Positions 39,335-49,950 of a DNA stretch of 64,000 bases are shown here, piece by piece. Position 1 is the stretch's first letter; each line of letters opens with the position of its first letter. The stretch comes from Torpedo marmorata (Eukaryota). The stretch lies in assembly GCA_977017645.1 (NCBI GenBank), contig OZ360220.1, forward strand, positions 87,978,001 to 88,042,000, read 5' to 3'. Both the position numbers and the translations under genes were made by a program. The notes under the pieces are model-generated. The model ran no database searches, was not told the origin of the DNA, and saw only the letters and a list, made by a program, of their open reading frames with translations.

Positions 39335-39691
39335 GTCTAGATAAATGCGTAGTTGCCCAGTTGTCAATACCAATCGGCTTAATCACTAAGAAGATCTCCA
39401 TCTATACAGAAAATAGATTTCTTTTTGTTTTGTTGATCGCCTTATGCAGAGAATTCTAAAGGAATATGGCAGTGATGCGCCAAATTTTAATTCCAAGGTG
39501 TTAACATGAAAATAGTTTTCCAAATATTTCATCTAACTTGACACCAGCAAAACCCTTTAATGATTTCCTTATTGAATAAAACACAAAATGAAGAGAAAAT
39601 TTCATCTTCAAACATGAAGAAATACTGGATAAGTTTCACTATTGAATCATACCAATTTAGTAACTGGATATCTTGTGGTTGGTAAACCCAC

Positions 39692-39847
39692 CTTATCTTT
39701 TTGTTGTTTGTCATCTTTGTAAATAGACCAATTATTTCCATCGTTACTGTAGGCGACCTTGTATGAACCTACAAACTGTATGTGACCAAAATCTTTAGCA
39801 CCTTGGGTGATTATACCAGTCACTTTAGTTGGAACAAGTAGATCAAT
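39692..39847 (-). CDS. EDIL3: EDIL3 penultimate coding exon (discoidin C2 domain)
   Basis: Encodes [52 protein letters not shown]. The acceptor is tttcctctttcag (ending 39848) and the donor is AAG/gtgggt. It is 156 nt, phase 0/0, and joins in frame to the exon at 15070. Confidence 0.96.
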
Positions 39848-41159
39848 CTGAAAGAGGAAAATACATAAGATATAAAACATTTCTAGGGTTAAAAATATTG
39901 CATTCTTTGGAGTTTTTGAGAAAAAGAAATGTACAAAATATTTCAATGATATGATTCATGTAAAATGGAAGTAAATTTTCTGTTAATCTTTTGCAAAATG
40001 TTTTGCTTATCAAGGTAGCTTCTGTATACATTTGGCCCCACATCATTTGCACCTTTTCAAAAATAGCATCTCGTAACTCATGTTACAAATATTTCTGTTG
40101 TACTGTAAAGCTACAAAATAGAAATAAAGAGAGGTGAGATGAATCACCAAGATTCTCAATTTTTTTCTCCTTAAAAATATTATGTTGTTTGTTTTGGTGC
40201 AGAGTTGATTTCATAAGTGTAAGGTATTGTGCACATCAGGAAACATTTATACAACCTTGCTTTCACCTTGATTTATTTAAGTCAAATTCCAAAGAATGAA
40301 GCTGATAACTCAACATTCCTCAATGCAGTTACTTATTTTCAAACCAGGCAGCCATTTAAAAACAATGAGTAAATATGTAATATTTTGCTCATAATGGAGG
40401 TTGTAAAGAATATTTACACGCAATATAGAAAATTACAGAATATTTTAATCTAATTATCACTTAAATATATTGTTGTTCTTTTATAAGTAAATAACAATCT
40501 TTATCATTTTACAGAGATTCCAGTGGCTAGAAATGCCATTGCATGCAAAGTCATATTCACATGTGAAACTCATCTCCTGTCGAAGTGCACAATGTAGTAA
40601 TATTCGGCCATTTGATTCTGTACTTCTGTTGACTTTAATGGAATGAATTTCAGAGGCAGAGTATAATGCATCAAAACTGTTGACTAGGAATGAGTTTCAC
40701 CATGATCTTGACCTTCACCATCAGGCGATACAAAACTATACTAGGAATTTCTAGGCGTGAGCACTTATATGTCCAGTTACAAACAATAGTTAAGGATAAA
40801 GTGCAAAGTATCATGGTGTATACAGAGTGCTTTGTCACTGATACAAATAGCTACTATTCAATTGTTTCTGCAACTCATTTCCATGGCCACTGGAACATTC
40901 CGCAGAATAATGGTGAAACCTACAACCTTCAGTGTTATTCATAAAGAAAACAAGGCATAAGCTCTTTAGCAGATCATCAAAGAAACTTGAATTAAAAGAG
41001 GCCTAGGGTTTGCTCACAACACTTGCAGATTCAATTTTCTGTGCTCCCCTGATGAACACAGCTCTGTTATCACTGCAAAACTGATCAGCCCACATCTTGC
41101 AGTGGCTTGGACCCTTGCAGTACAGGAAGCAATGAGAGTAGGTGACAGATGAAAGGGCA

Positions 41160-41640
41160 CACTAGGATTGCCATATCTTTCCACACAACATTTTATACCC
41201 GCAAATTAGGAACAACACCTAATATTCCGTCTGGACACTCCAACTAGATGGCATTAAGATCAACTTCTCCAGTTTCTGTTAAAACCCTCCCCCAATTCTC
41301 TATCATTCCCTATCCCTCTGTCTTCTTTCGTCCAGCCCCCACCACCCCCCTTCCCTCTCCATTCAGAGAGATACTCCCTCCTCTTATCACTTAGCTTTCT
41401 CTTCTACCCTCCCACCTATATCCACCTATGACCTCTTAACTGTTACCTCTGCTCCTCTCCCGTGTCTTCCTCCTTCCTCTCCTCTCCTCTCCCACTCCTG
41501 CCACCTTTTTATTCAGATGCCTGCCTATAGTTTGCTCATACATTAATGAAGGGCTCAGGCCTGAAACGTTGATTATCCTTTACTTCCTATTGATGCTGCG
41601 TGGCCTGCTGAGTTTCTCCAACACTTTTGTTTATTGTATT
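41160..41640 (+). mobile_element. Penelope 3' fragment with degenerate pLTR/hammerhead
   Basis: Encodes RKLGTTPNIPSGH-like (frameshifted EQHLIFRLG) remnants and contains aatgaagggctcaggcctgaaacgtt at about 41545-41570. Confidence 0.75.
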
Positions 41641-41699
41641 TTATACCAATTCCATGGTAGCCTTTTATGCTGCTATGGAGAGAAGTTCACAGAGTCCAA

Positions 41700-42015
41700 G
41701 AGTCGTAGAGTCACCACCCACATAGCATTAAGACAGGATGTTTGAGCCACTAAGGTCATGCCAACCATCGAGCACCCCTTTTCACTACCAGTTTATTCAC
41801 TCCACATTCTCATCAATTTCCCTCAGATTCTAACACTCACCTACAATCTAGGGGCAACTTAAAGTAACCAATTAACTTATCAACTTGCATGTCTTGGGGA
41901 CATGGAAGGAAACCACAGAATCCAGGAGAAATCCTTGCAATCGCAGGGAGAACAGGATGGCATTACGATTGAACCCAGGTTGCTGGATCTGTGAAGCAGC
42001 AGCTCTACTATCTGT
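41700..42015 (-). mobile_element. Degenerate V-SINE
   Basis: Diverged V-core and B box on the minus strand. Confidence 0.55.
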
Positions 42016-42599
42016 ATAACATGCCATACTCTTTTTAAGTCTGAGGCCCTTCCTATAGCTCAGCAGCCAACAATGCAATTTCTTCATGCGGTTGCTGTCA
42101 GAAACTGTGCAGATAAAATTGTAATGCAATGAGATGGTTGTAAAACATGCCAATGGGGGTTTAACCATATTTCCACTCCAAATTTCTGATTTCTTTTGTG
42201 GGTCAGGATTAATGCTTTATGGCATCAGGCACTTGTATTTAGCACTCTGGAGGGAGGTGAATTCCAACTTTTCAGACCCGAAAGAATGATTGCTTATCCT
42301 ACCACAGATGCTTTTGAGTTTTTACAGCATTTTCTGTTTTTGTCTCTGCTGCATTACCTTTCTACTGTATGGTGTCCTGACATTGTAAGCAGTTCTCTCT
42401 TCTTACACTCCTCACGACGTAAAGACTCAGCCACTCAAGAGTGCCATTTCCTCTATTTCCTTTCCCATGAAAACGCAATGAACAATCCATGCCATTTTTC
42501 TTGTCACAGTTTTCAAATAAATCTCCACCTTATCTCATCTTTCCATACTCCATGGAATGGAGACCCAAACTCTCTAGTCTCTCTTGAAAGGACAAGCTT

Positions 42600-43170
42600 A
42601 TTCATGTCGATGCTATCGTGAAGAAGGCTCGCCAGTGGCTATACTTTGTGAGGTGTTTGAGGAGATTCAGTATGTCACCGAAGACACTCAAAAAATTCCA
42701 TAGGTGTACCGTGGAGAGCATTCTGGCTGGTTGTATCACTGCCTGGTACGGAGGTGCCAACACTCAGGACAGGAAAAAACTCCAGAGGGTTGTTAACTCG
42801 GCCTGTGACATCACGGGCACCAGACTTCACTCCATCGACGACACCTACAAGAAGCGGTGTCTTAAAAAAGCAGCCTCTGTCCTCAAAGACCCCCACCACC
42901 CAGGTCATGCCCTCTTCACTCTTCTACCATCAAGGAAAAAGGTACAGGAGCCTAAAGACGAGCACTCAACAACACAACGACAGGTTCTTCCCCGCTGCCA
43001 TCAGATTCCTGAATGATCAATGAACCAAAGACACTGCCTTACTTTCACTTTTTGTGCACTATTTTTATTTATTTTTGTAAGGTAGTTTATATGAATGTTT
43101 GCACTGTGATGCTGCCACAAAACAACAAATTTTGTGACTTGTTCATGACAATAAATTCTGATTCTTATTC
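42600..43170 (+). mobile_element. Rex1/Babar LINE 3' fragment
   Basis: Encodes KKARQWLYFVRCLRRF...VESILAGCITAWYG...KDPHHPGHALF and ends gacaataaattctgattc. Confidence 0.88.
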
Positions 43171-43884
43171 AATGCAATCATGTCTGATAATCCAATACAG
43201 TACCCTAATTTTACCTTCTTCCCATCTCCCTTGACCACTTTGGCATTAAAACATATCAATATTTTGAATATATTTAATGATGACCACGACTATCTTCTGC
43301 TTCAGAGGATTCCACAGGTTCACCACCATCTGGCTGAAGAAAGTTTGGTTCTAAATCCTGAGGTTGTGACCTTTGATACTGGACTATCCATGGCACATAA
43401 GGCATTGTGTACACAGGACATGTAATTGTCACCTCAATTGCATTGTCACCTCAATATCTGCAAGGCTCAAACTGCAGCACTGGTAGTTGAATGTGAGTAA
43501 TGTTTTTTGATTCAGGAAATCCCTGGCCACCCACTGAAAGGCACGCTTTCCTTGTGGTCTATTTACAGCAACTGTCCTAATTAAACACCACACATCCACT
43601 TGTTATTTTTACAATCTGCTGCAGAGTACACTGATGGCTGCCTGGTGATACGGGAACTGCTGGGGATCACATTGTGATGTCGACTGGCTTTTGTGCTCTG
43701 TGTGCACCTGCTATAAATCAGACAGGCATCAGAAACAGCCCAAGGCATGAATGTAGGCTTGTTGTAGCGCCATAATGCCAGGTCTGGAGGTGATCACAAT
43801 GACATTTCCTGCCACTGGCTCTTTATTTTGACTCTACTCCCTTCCTCACAGTCAATATGCCTCCTGCACTTCTCATCCATCAAG

Positions 43885-44250
43885 ATAGAGTCACACAGTC
43901 ATACAGCACAGAAATAAGCCCCAACCCCCACAGGGCTGTGTTGATCATCAAATACCCATTTACATTCATCCCATTTTAATCCCCCACATTCCTAATGACT
44001 CCCCCCCCCACACTTTCTCCCCCCACGGATGCTACCACTCATCAACACACTAAGGGAAATCTACTGAGGAAATTTAAAAACAAACCTGCATAACTTTGGG
44101 ACATGGGAGGGAACTGGAGCACCTGGAGGAAGCCCTTAGGTCAAAGGGATAATATACAAAGTCCATACAGACAGCACCAGAAGACAGGATAGCTCACGGG
44201 TCACGGGTGCTGTGAGACGGTCGCTCTACCAGTGGCATTACTGTGCTGCT
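43885..44250 (-). mobile_element. Degenerate V-SINE
   Basis: Diverged V-core (gggagggaactggagcacctggaggaagccc). Confidence 0.55.
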
Positions 44251-44591
44251 GAGATGTTGCGATGGGGAGAGCAGAAGGGCAGCTCCCTCTCCTTTACAGC
44301 CTCCCATACAACTGTAGCAACACTGACACCACATATGCAGCAATGTGGGCTGAATTGAGAGTGATCTTTAAGGGTTGGTTCCTGCTGTCAGAGGAGGCAG
44401 GTGTGTAGTTCTGGCCACTAAACTTTAGAACTTGCATATTAATAGCATAACTGCAGTGTCATGGAATTAAAACAAGCTTAGGAGGTAAACAAGAAAATCT
44501 GCAGATGATGGGGTCTACTGCAGTAGATAAAAGAGTAGATATCTAAGCTTAAAACAAGCTAAGAATTGGTCTTAATCAGGATTGTGATCTT

Positions 44592-44830
44592 GGCGGTACG
44601 GTTAACGTAGCGCTGTTCCATCGCAAGGGATCAGGACCAGGGTTCGAATCCCGCGCTGTGTGTAAGGAGTTTGTACGTTCTCCCTGTGTCTGCGTGGGTT
44701 TTCCCCGGGGGCTCTTGTTTCCTCCCACCCTTCAAAACGTACCGGGGTTGTAGGTCAATTTGGTATAATTGGGCGGCACGGGATCGTGGGCCGAAAGGGC
44801 ATGTTACCGTGCTGTATGTCAAAAAAAAAT
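44592..44830 (+). mobile_element. tRNA-derived V-SINE (HE1-like)
   Basis: B box ggttcgaatccc at 44641-52, V-core, CR1-like tail and an A run. Confidence 0.88.
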
Positions 44831-45370
44831 GTGTTCAAGTCCTGTGAAATCTCATTTGAAAGTAGTACTTTCTTTAAAACATTTATTTTTTCTTATGTTT
44901 TCCTCTACTGGATATGTAAAGGTGAAACCTCTACACCGTACAATTTATGGGGTTGCACCAAATTGCTGAGGGTGAAAAGGAAGACACAATCTAAAATACT
45001 GTCCTAAAATCCAGCCAGAGCAGTTAAGTGTTTGATCGCTTGGTTGACATGTCAATTAGTCTAAGTATAAATCTGAAATATATGATCCTTTGGCGGCCCG
45101 ACACCGCGGAGATCGAGCCGGCGCGGAGCGCACGGTAGTAAACAGCAGCATAACACACTGTAACGCGACCCTTAGCATAGCAAACCGGCGCGGTTGAAGG
45201 CTGAAGTACAAGACCAGCAGCCCTAAAGTGGTGCTGGCCAAGCTGCCCAGCTAACAGATCAATACCAGGTTGGGGAAGAAGGGTATTCATATGCAAGAAC
45301 GTTACCGCCCGCTATTGTTATTCATGTGGCTGATGTCAACCAATCAACCAAACGGTGGAAACTCCAACTG

Positions 45371-45400
45371 TATAAAAGAAGCGCTTCCAGCCTCAATAAA
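45371..45400 (+). promoter_or_regulatory. LTR TATA box and polyadenylation signal
   Basis: tataaaa at 45371-77 and aataaa at 45395-400, conserved in all three LTR copies. Confidence 0.6.
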
Positions 45401-45460
45401 GCAGAAAGCTTAACCTTCCACACTGCGTGTGTGTGTTTCTTCGTAGCAGTCGGCAACAAT

Positions 45461-45474
45461 TGGTGACCCCGACG
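45461..45474 (+). promoter_or_regulatory. Primer binding site complementary to the tRNA-Trp 3' end
   Basis: TGGTGACCCCGACG is the complement of ...CGUCGGGGUCACCA. It lies 2 nt after the LTR and recurs at 61785-61798. Confidence 0.85.
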
Positions 45475-46139
45475 GTTTAGACGGCATCTAAACCCAGCGA
45501 TGGATAGCGAAGCAGTATCAGCGCAGTCGGCCTCAAGCTCCTGACCTTCTGGACAGTTCGACCCGGCGTGTGGTTCGACCAGGCTGAGGCTCAGTTCCAA
45601 ATTCGGGACATCACAGCTGAGACCACATGGTACTACCATGTGGTCAGCGCCCTGGATCCAGAGACTGCAGACAGGTTGGCCAACTTCATCCAGAGGCCAC
45701 CATCGGAAGGCACTTACACTGCCTTCAAAGAGCTATTGACTGAGAAGTTCGGGCTCTCATGGCGAGAGAGAGGGGCACAGCTGCTCCACCTGGATGGGCT
45801 AGGGAACGAGATGCTAGCCCTCCTGGGAGACCATGAGCCCCGTGTCATGTTCGAGCAGGCGTTCTTGGAGCAGCTGCCCGAGGACATCCAACTGCTCCTG
45901 GCTGACGCAGATTTCAGAGACCCCCGGAAAGTCGCAGCACGGGCAGATATTCTGTGGAAGCAGAAACAGAAGTGCTCGGCTACCGTGGGGCTCGTCACAA
46001 AGTCTCGCAACCAGACCAAGGCAGGCCCTGGAAAGGAGCGGCAGGCAAGAGGCAGGAACGCATCCAAGGAGAGATGGTGCTTCTACCACCAAAGATGGGG
46101 CTCCGAGGTCCGCCGATGCCGGTCGCCGTGCGAGTTCCA

Positions 46140-46185
46140 GGGAAACAACAAGGCCAGCCGTCGCTGATGGCCACGGTGGCTGGCC
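46140..46185 (+). promoter_or_regulatory. Putative -1 ribosomal frameshift signal (gag-pol)
   Basis: G GGA AAC in the gag frame, a 5-nt spacer, and a 12-bp stem (46152-63 / 46174-85). The -1 frame is the pol ORF. Confidence 0.72.
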
Positions 46186-49100
46186 ATCGAGAGAGCCTCC
46201 TGTACGTATGGGATTGCCTTTCTGGCAGACGATTCTTGGTGAATACAGGAGCGGGGGTCAGCGTGATGCCCCCGACAGGTTTGGACACTAGATGCAGGCA
46301 AGCGGGCCCCACGTTGAGGGCTGCCAACAACAGCAGCATACGGACCTATGGCAAGCGTAGGTCCGAGCTGCATTTCGGAGGCAGTCACTTCTCGTGGGAG
46401 TTCACGCTGGCCGCAGTGCAACAGCCACTCCTGGGAGCGGACTTCCTGCGGGCCCACAGCCTCCTAGTGGACCTCAAGGGCAAGAGACTCGTGCACGCGG
46501 AAACATTCCAAACCTTCGCACTGAGAGGCGCCGGGCTCCTGGCACTGCACCTGGAGTCTGTCCACAGCTTGGACGATGAGTTCTCCAAAGTGCTGGCCAA
46601 GTTCCCGGCATTCCTTTCCCCTCAGTTCATGGTGGAGGTGCCCCGACACAGCGTCAGGCATCACATCCTTACCAAGGGTCCACCTCTCCACGCAAGGGTG
46701 AGACGACTTCCCCCGGAGAAGCTTCAACTGGCCAAGGAGGAGTTCTGCAAGCTCGAGGAGTTAGGCATCGTTCGGCGGTCGGACAGTCGATGGGCTTCTA
46801 CCCTGCACATGGTGCCCAAAGCATCTGGGGACTGGAGACCGTGCGGCGACTACCGCCGGCTTAACGAGGCCACCACTCCAGATCGTTACCCCGTGCCGCA
46901 TATCCAGGACTTTGCGGCAAACCTGCACGGAGCGACGATCTTCTCCAAAGTGGACGGTGCGAAAGTACCACCAAATCGTGGTGCACCTTAACGTCATTCC
47001 CAAGACGGCCATTATCACTCCATTCGGGCTGTTCGAGTTCCTGAGGATGCCATTTGGGCTCAAGAATGCGGCACAGACCTTCCAGCGACTGAAGGACGTG
47101 GTGGGCCGAGACCTGTATGGCACCTTAGTCTACTTAGACGATATCCTGGTGGCGAGCAGAACCCGGTAGGAACATCTACAACACCTCTGAAGCCTCTACA
47201 GTCGCCTACGTGAGTTCGGCCTTACTATCAACCTGCCTAAATGCCAGTTCAGTCTGAGCACGATTGACTTCCTGGGCCACAGGATTAGCAAATGCGGGGC
47301 CATGCCACTACCCAAGCAAGGTGGAGGCTATCCGCAACTTCCCAAGGCCCAGTATGACCAAAGGACTGCAGGAGTTCATGCGGATGGTCAACTTTTATCG
47401 CAGATTCATCCCCGCAGCTTCTCGAACCATGCGCCCACTCTTCACCCTGATGACTGGCAAGGCGAAGGACTTGACCTGGGACGATGACTCCGCACGAGTG
47501 TTCGTGGAAGCGAAGGAAGCCCTGGCTAATGCCGCACTCCTGGCCCACCCCAGGTCAGACGCACCCACAGCCCTCACGGTCGATGCCTCAGGAACAGCGA
47601 ATGGGGAGTTCTGGAGCAGCAGATAGAAGGAAGTTGGCGTCCACTAGCTTTCTTCAGCAAACATCTGCGGCCCCCGAGCTAAAGTACAGTGCTTTCGACA
47701 GAGACCTACTGGCTCTGTACTTAGCCATCCGCCACTTCCAAGAGGGAAGGGCATTCACGGCTTTCACGGACCACAAGCCACTGACGTTCGCCCTGGCCAA
47801 GATCTCCGATCCCTGGTCAGCCTGCCAGCAGAGACACTTGTCTTACGTCTTGGAGTACACCACCGACGTAAGGCACATCTCGGGAAAAGACAACGTGGTC
47901 GCGGACACCTTGTCGAGACAGAGCATCCACTCTCTGGCTAACGGACTGGATTTCATGGCACTGGCGGAGGCACAGCAGCAGGACGACGAGATGCCTCAGT
48001 ACAGGACCGCTGTCACGGGGCTGCAGCTTCAGGACATCCCAGTCGGCACAGGTAACACTACCCTCCTGTGCGACATGGCCACCGGGCAGGTTCGACCTAT
48101 CGTCCCAACGGCATAGAGGCGACGAGTTTTCGACTCCATCCACGGACTGGCACATCCATCAATCAGGACCACGGTCCGATTGGTGGCCAGTAAGTACGCA
48201 TGGCATGGATTGCGGAAACAAGTCAGCGGGTGGGCCAAGACATGCACACAGTGCCAAACAGCCAAGGTACAGCGGTACGTCAAGGACCCCCGCAGCCTTT
48301 CGAGCCAACGGAGCGAATATTTGACCACATTCACGTGGACATAGTGGGACCCTTACCAGTCTCACAGGGTTTCCGCCACCTGTTCACGGTGGTCGACCAT
48401 TTCACCCGGTGGCCAGAAACAATCCCCCTGGCTGACACATCCACCAGGTCCTGCGCCAATGCACTCATCTCGTCCCGGTTAGCAAGGTTCGGGCTACCAC
48501 GCCACATAACCTCCGACAGAGGCGCACAATTTACCTCCAGCCTGTGAACCGACGTTGCCAACCTGTGGGGCGCTCAGCTACACCACACGACAGCATACCA
48601 CCTGCAGTCTAATGGGCTGGTTGAGTGCTTCCACAGGCACCTCAAGGCCGCCCTTATGACCAGACTCAAGGGCCCCAACTGGGTTGACGAACTGCCATGG
48701 GCACTGCTGGGGAATCTTACAGCCCCGAAGGAAGACCTCCACATATCCTCCGGCGAACTCGTCTACGGAGCTCCACTCATGGTCCCTGGGGATTTCGTCC
48801 CACCGGCCAGAGGTCAACAGGAGGATACAACCACTTTCCTGGACAGGTTGCGGGAAAAGGTCGGTAACCTGGCTCCGATCCCACCCTCCAGACACAGGCA
48901 AGCAAGTTCAACATCCCGAAAGAACTCCAAGACTGTGAGTATGTGTTCGTACGCAGAGGGCCAAACCATCCACTGCTACAGAAGCCCTACGAAGGCCCCT
49001 TCTGAGTCATCTGGATCAACGGGGCCACCTTCGAACTGGACATCAGTGGCAAACCAGAAGTCTTCACCGCAGACAGGCTCAAGCCGGCACAGACGGACTC

Positions 49101-49759
49101 GACACAACCCGTGGACACGCCAGCACCTTGGTGCAGAGGCAGACCACCAAAGTCATTGGGGACTGCATCCACGGACACTATGAACTGTAGCGCCGGTTCT
49201 GGGGGGGTGTCCTGTGGCGGCCCACCACTGCGGAGATCAAGCCGGCACATCGCACGGCGCGCGCGGTAGTAAACAGCGGCATAACACACTGTAACGCGAT
49301 CCTTAGCATAGCGAACCGGCACGGTTGAAAGCTGGAGCAGTACAAGACCAGCAGTCCTAAAATGGCGCTGGCCAAGCTGCCCAGCTAACAGATCAATACC
49401 AGGCTGGGGAAGAAGGGTATTCATATGCAAGAACGTTCCCACCTACTATTATTATTCATGTAGCTGATGTCAACCACTCAACCAAATGGCGGGAACTCCA
49501 ACTGTATAAAAGAAGCATTTCCAGCCTCAATAAACCAGAGAGCTTAACCTTCCACACTGCGTGTGTGTGTTTCTTTGTAGCAGTCGGCTACAATCCCTTA
49601 ATTAATACGGTGAGGTAATAAATTGTTTTCAAATCAAATATGTTCAGCCTTCTTTGACAAATAGTTTCCATGAGTGAGATTAGAGCAGTTATTATAAATG
49701 TGTGTTTGTTACGTGGAGCCAGGATAACATGATTGTGATGACCTATTTAAGACTGTTAA

Positions 49760-49950
49760 ACCAACTCTCTGTGACTCTACTATTAATTAATAATATTTAT
49801 TTTAATATATGTACATATGTAATGTGTATATGTGTCTGTCTGTATGTGTGTTACGTCTATACGCGTGTTTTGCACTGTTCTGCACTGTGGACTGGAGAAT
49901 GTTGTTTCATCAGGTTGTACTGGTACAATCGGTTGACAAATAAACTTGAA
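49760..49950 (+). mobile_element. Rex1/Babar 3' UTR tail
   Basis: Near-identical to 7380-7555. Confidence 0.7.

Larger units (their letters stand above)
15071..39691 (-). other. EDIL3: EDIL3 last intron (24,621 bp, GT-AG)
   Basis: Bounded by the GT donor at 39691-39690 and the AG acceptor at 15072-15071. The joined peptide KDK|VFQG is contiguous in EDIL3. Confidence 0.92.
45089..49592 (+). mobile_element. Full-length Gypsy LTR retrotransposon, CsRN1-type, defective
   Basis: LTRs at 45089-45458 and 49213-49592 with a 4-bp TSD atcc. PBS tggtgaccccgacg and a G-rich PPT at 49201-49212. Gag has Cx2Hx9Cx3C, followed by PR, RT (YLDD), RNase H and integrase in Gypsy order, with frameshifts and stops. 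Confidence 0.95.

Noticed and set aside
39647-39946. 99-aa ORF as a stand-alone gene or alternative C-terminus ([14 protein letters not shown])
   Set aside because: Only the 52 codons between canonical splice sites resemble EDIL3; the flanks are open intronic sequence.
40510-40690. Possible conserved non-coding element or ancient repeat in the intron
   Set aside because: An impression only; it cannot be supported without cross-species alignment.
44592-44655. tRNA gene
   Set aside because: The B box belongs to a V-SINE head and no complete cloverleaf can be formed.
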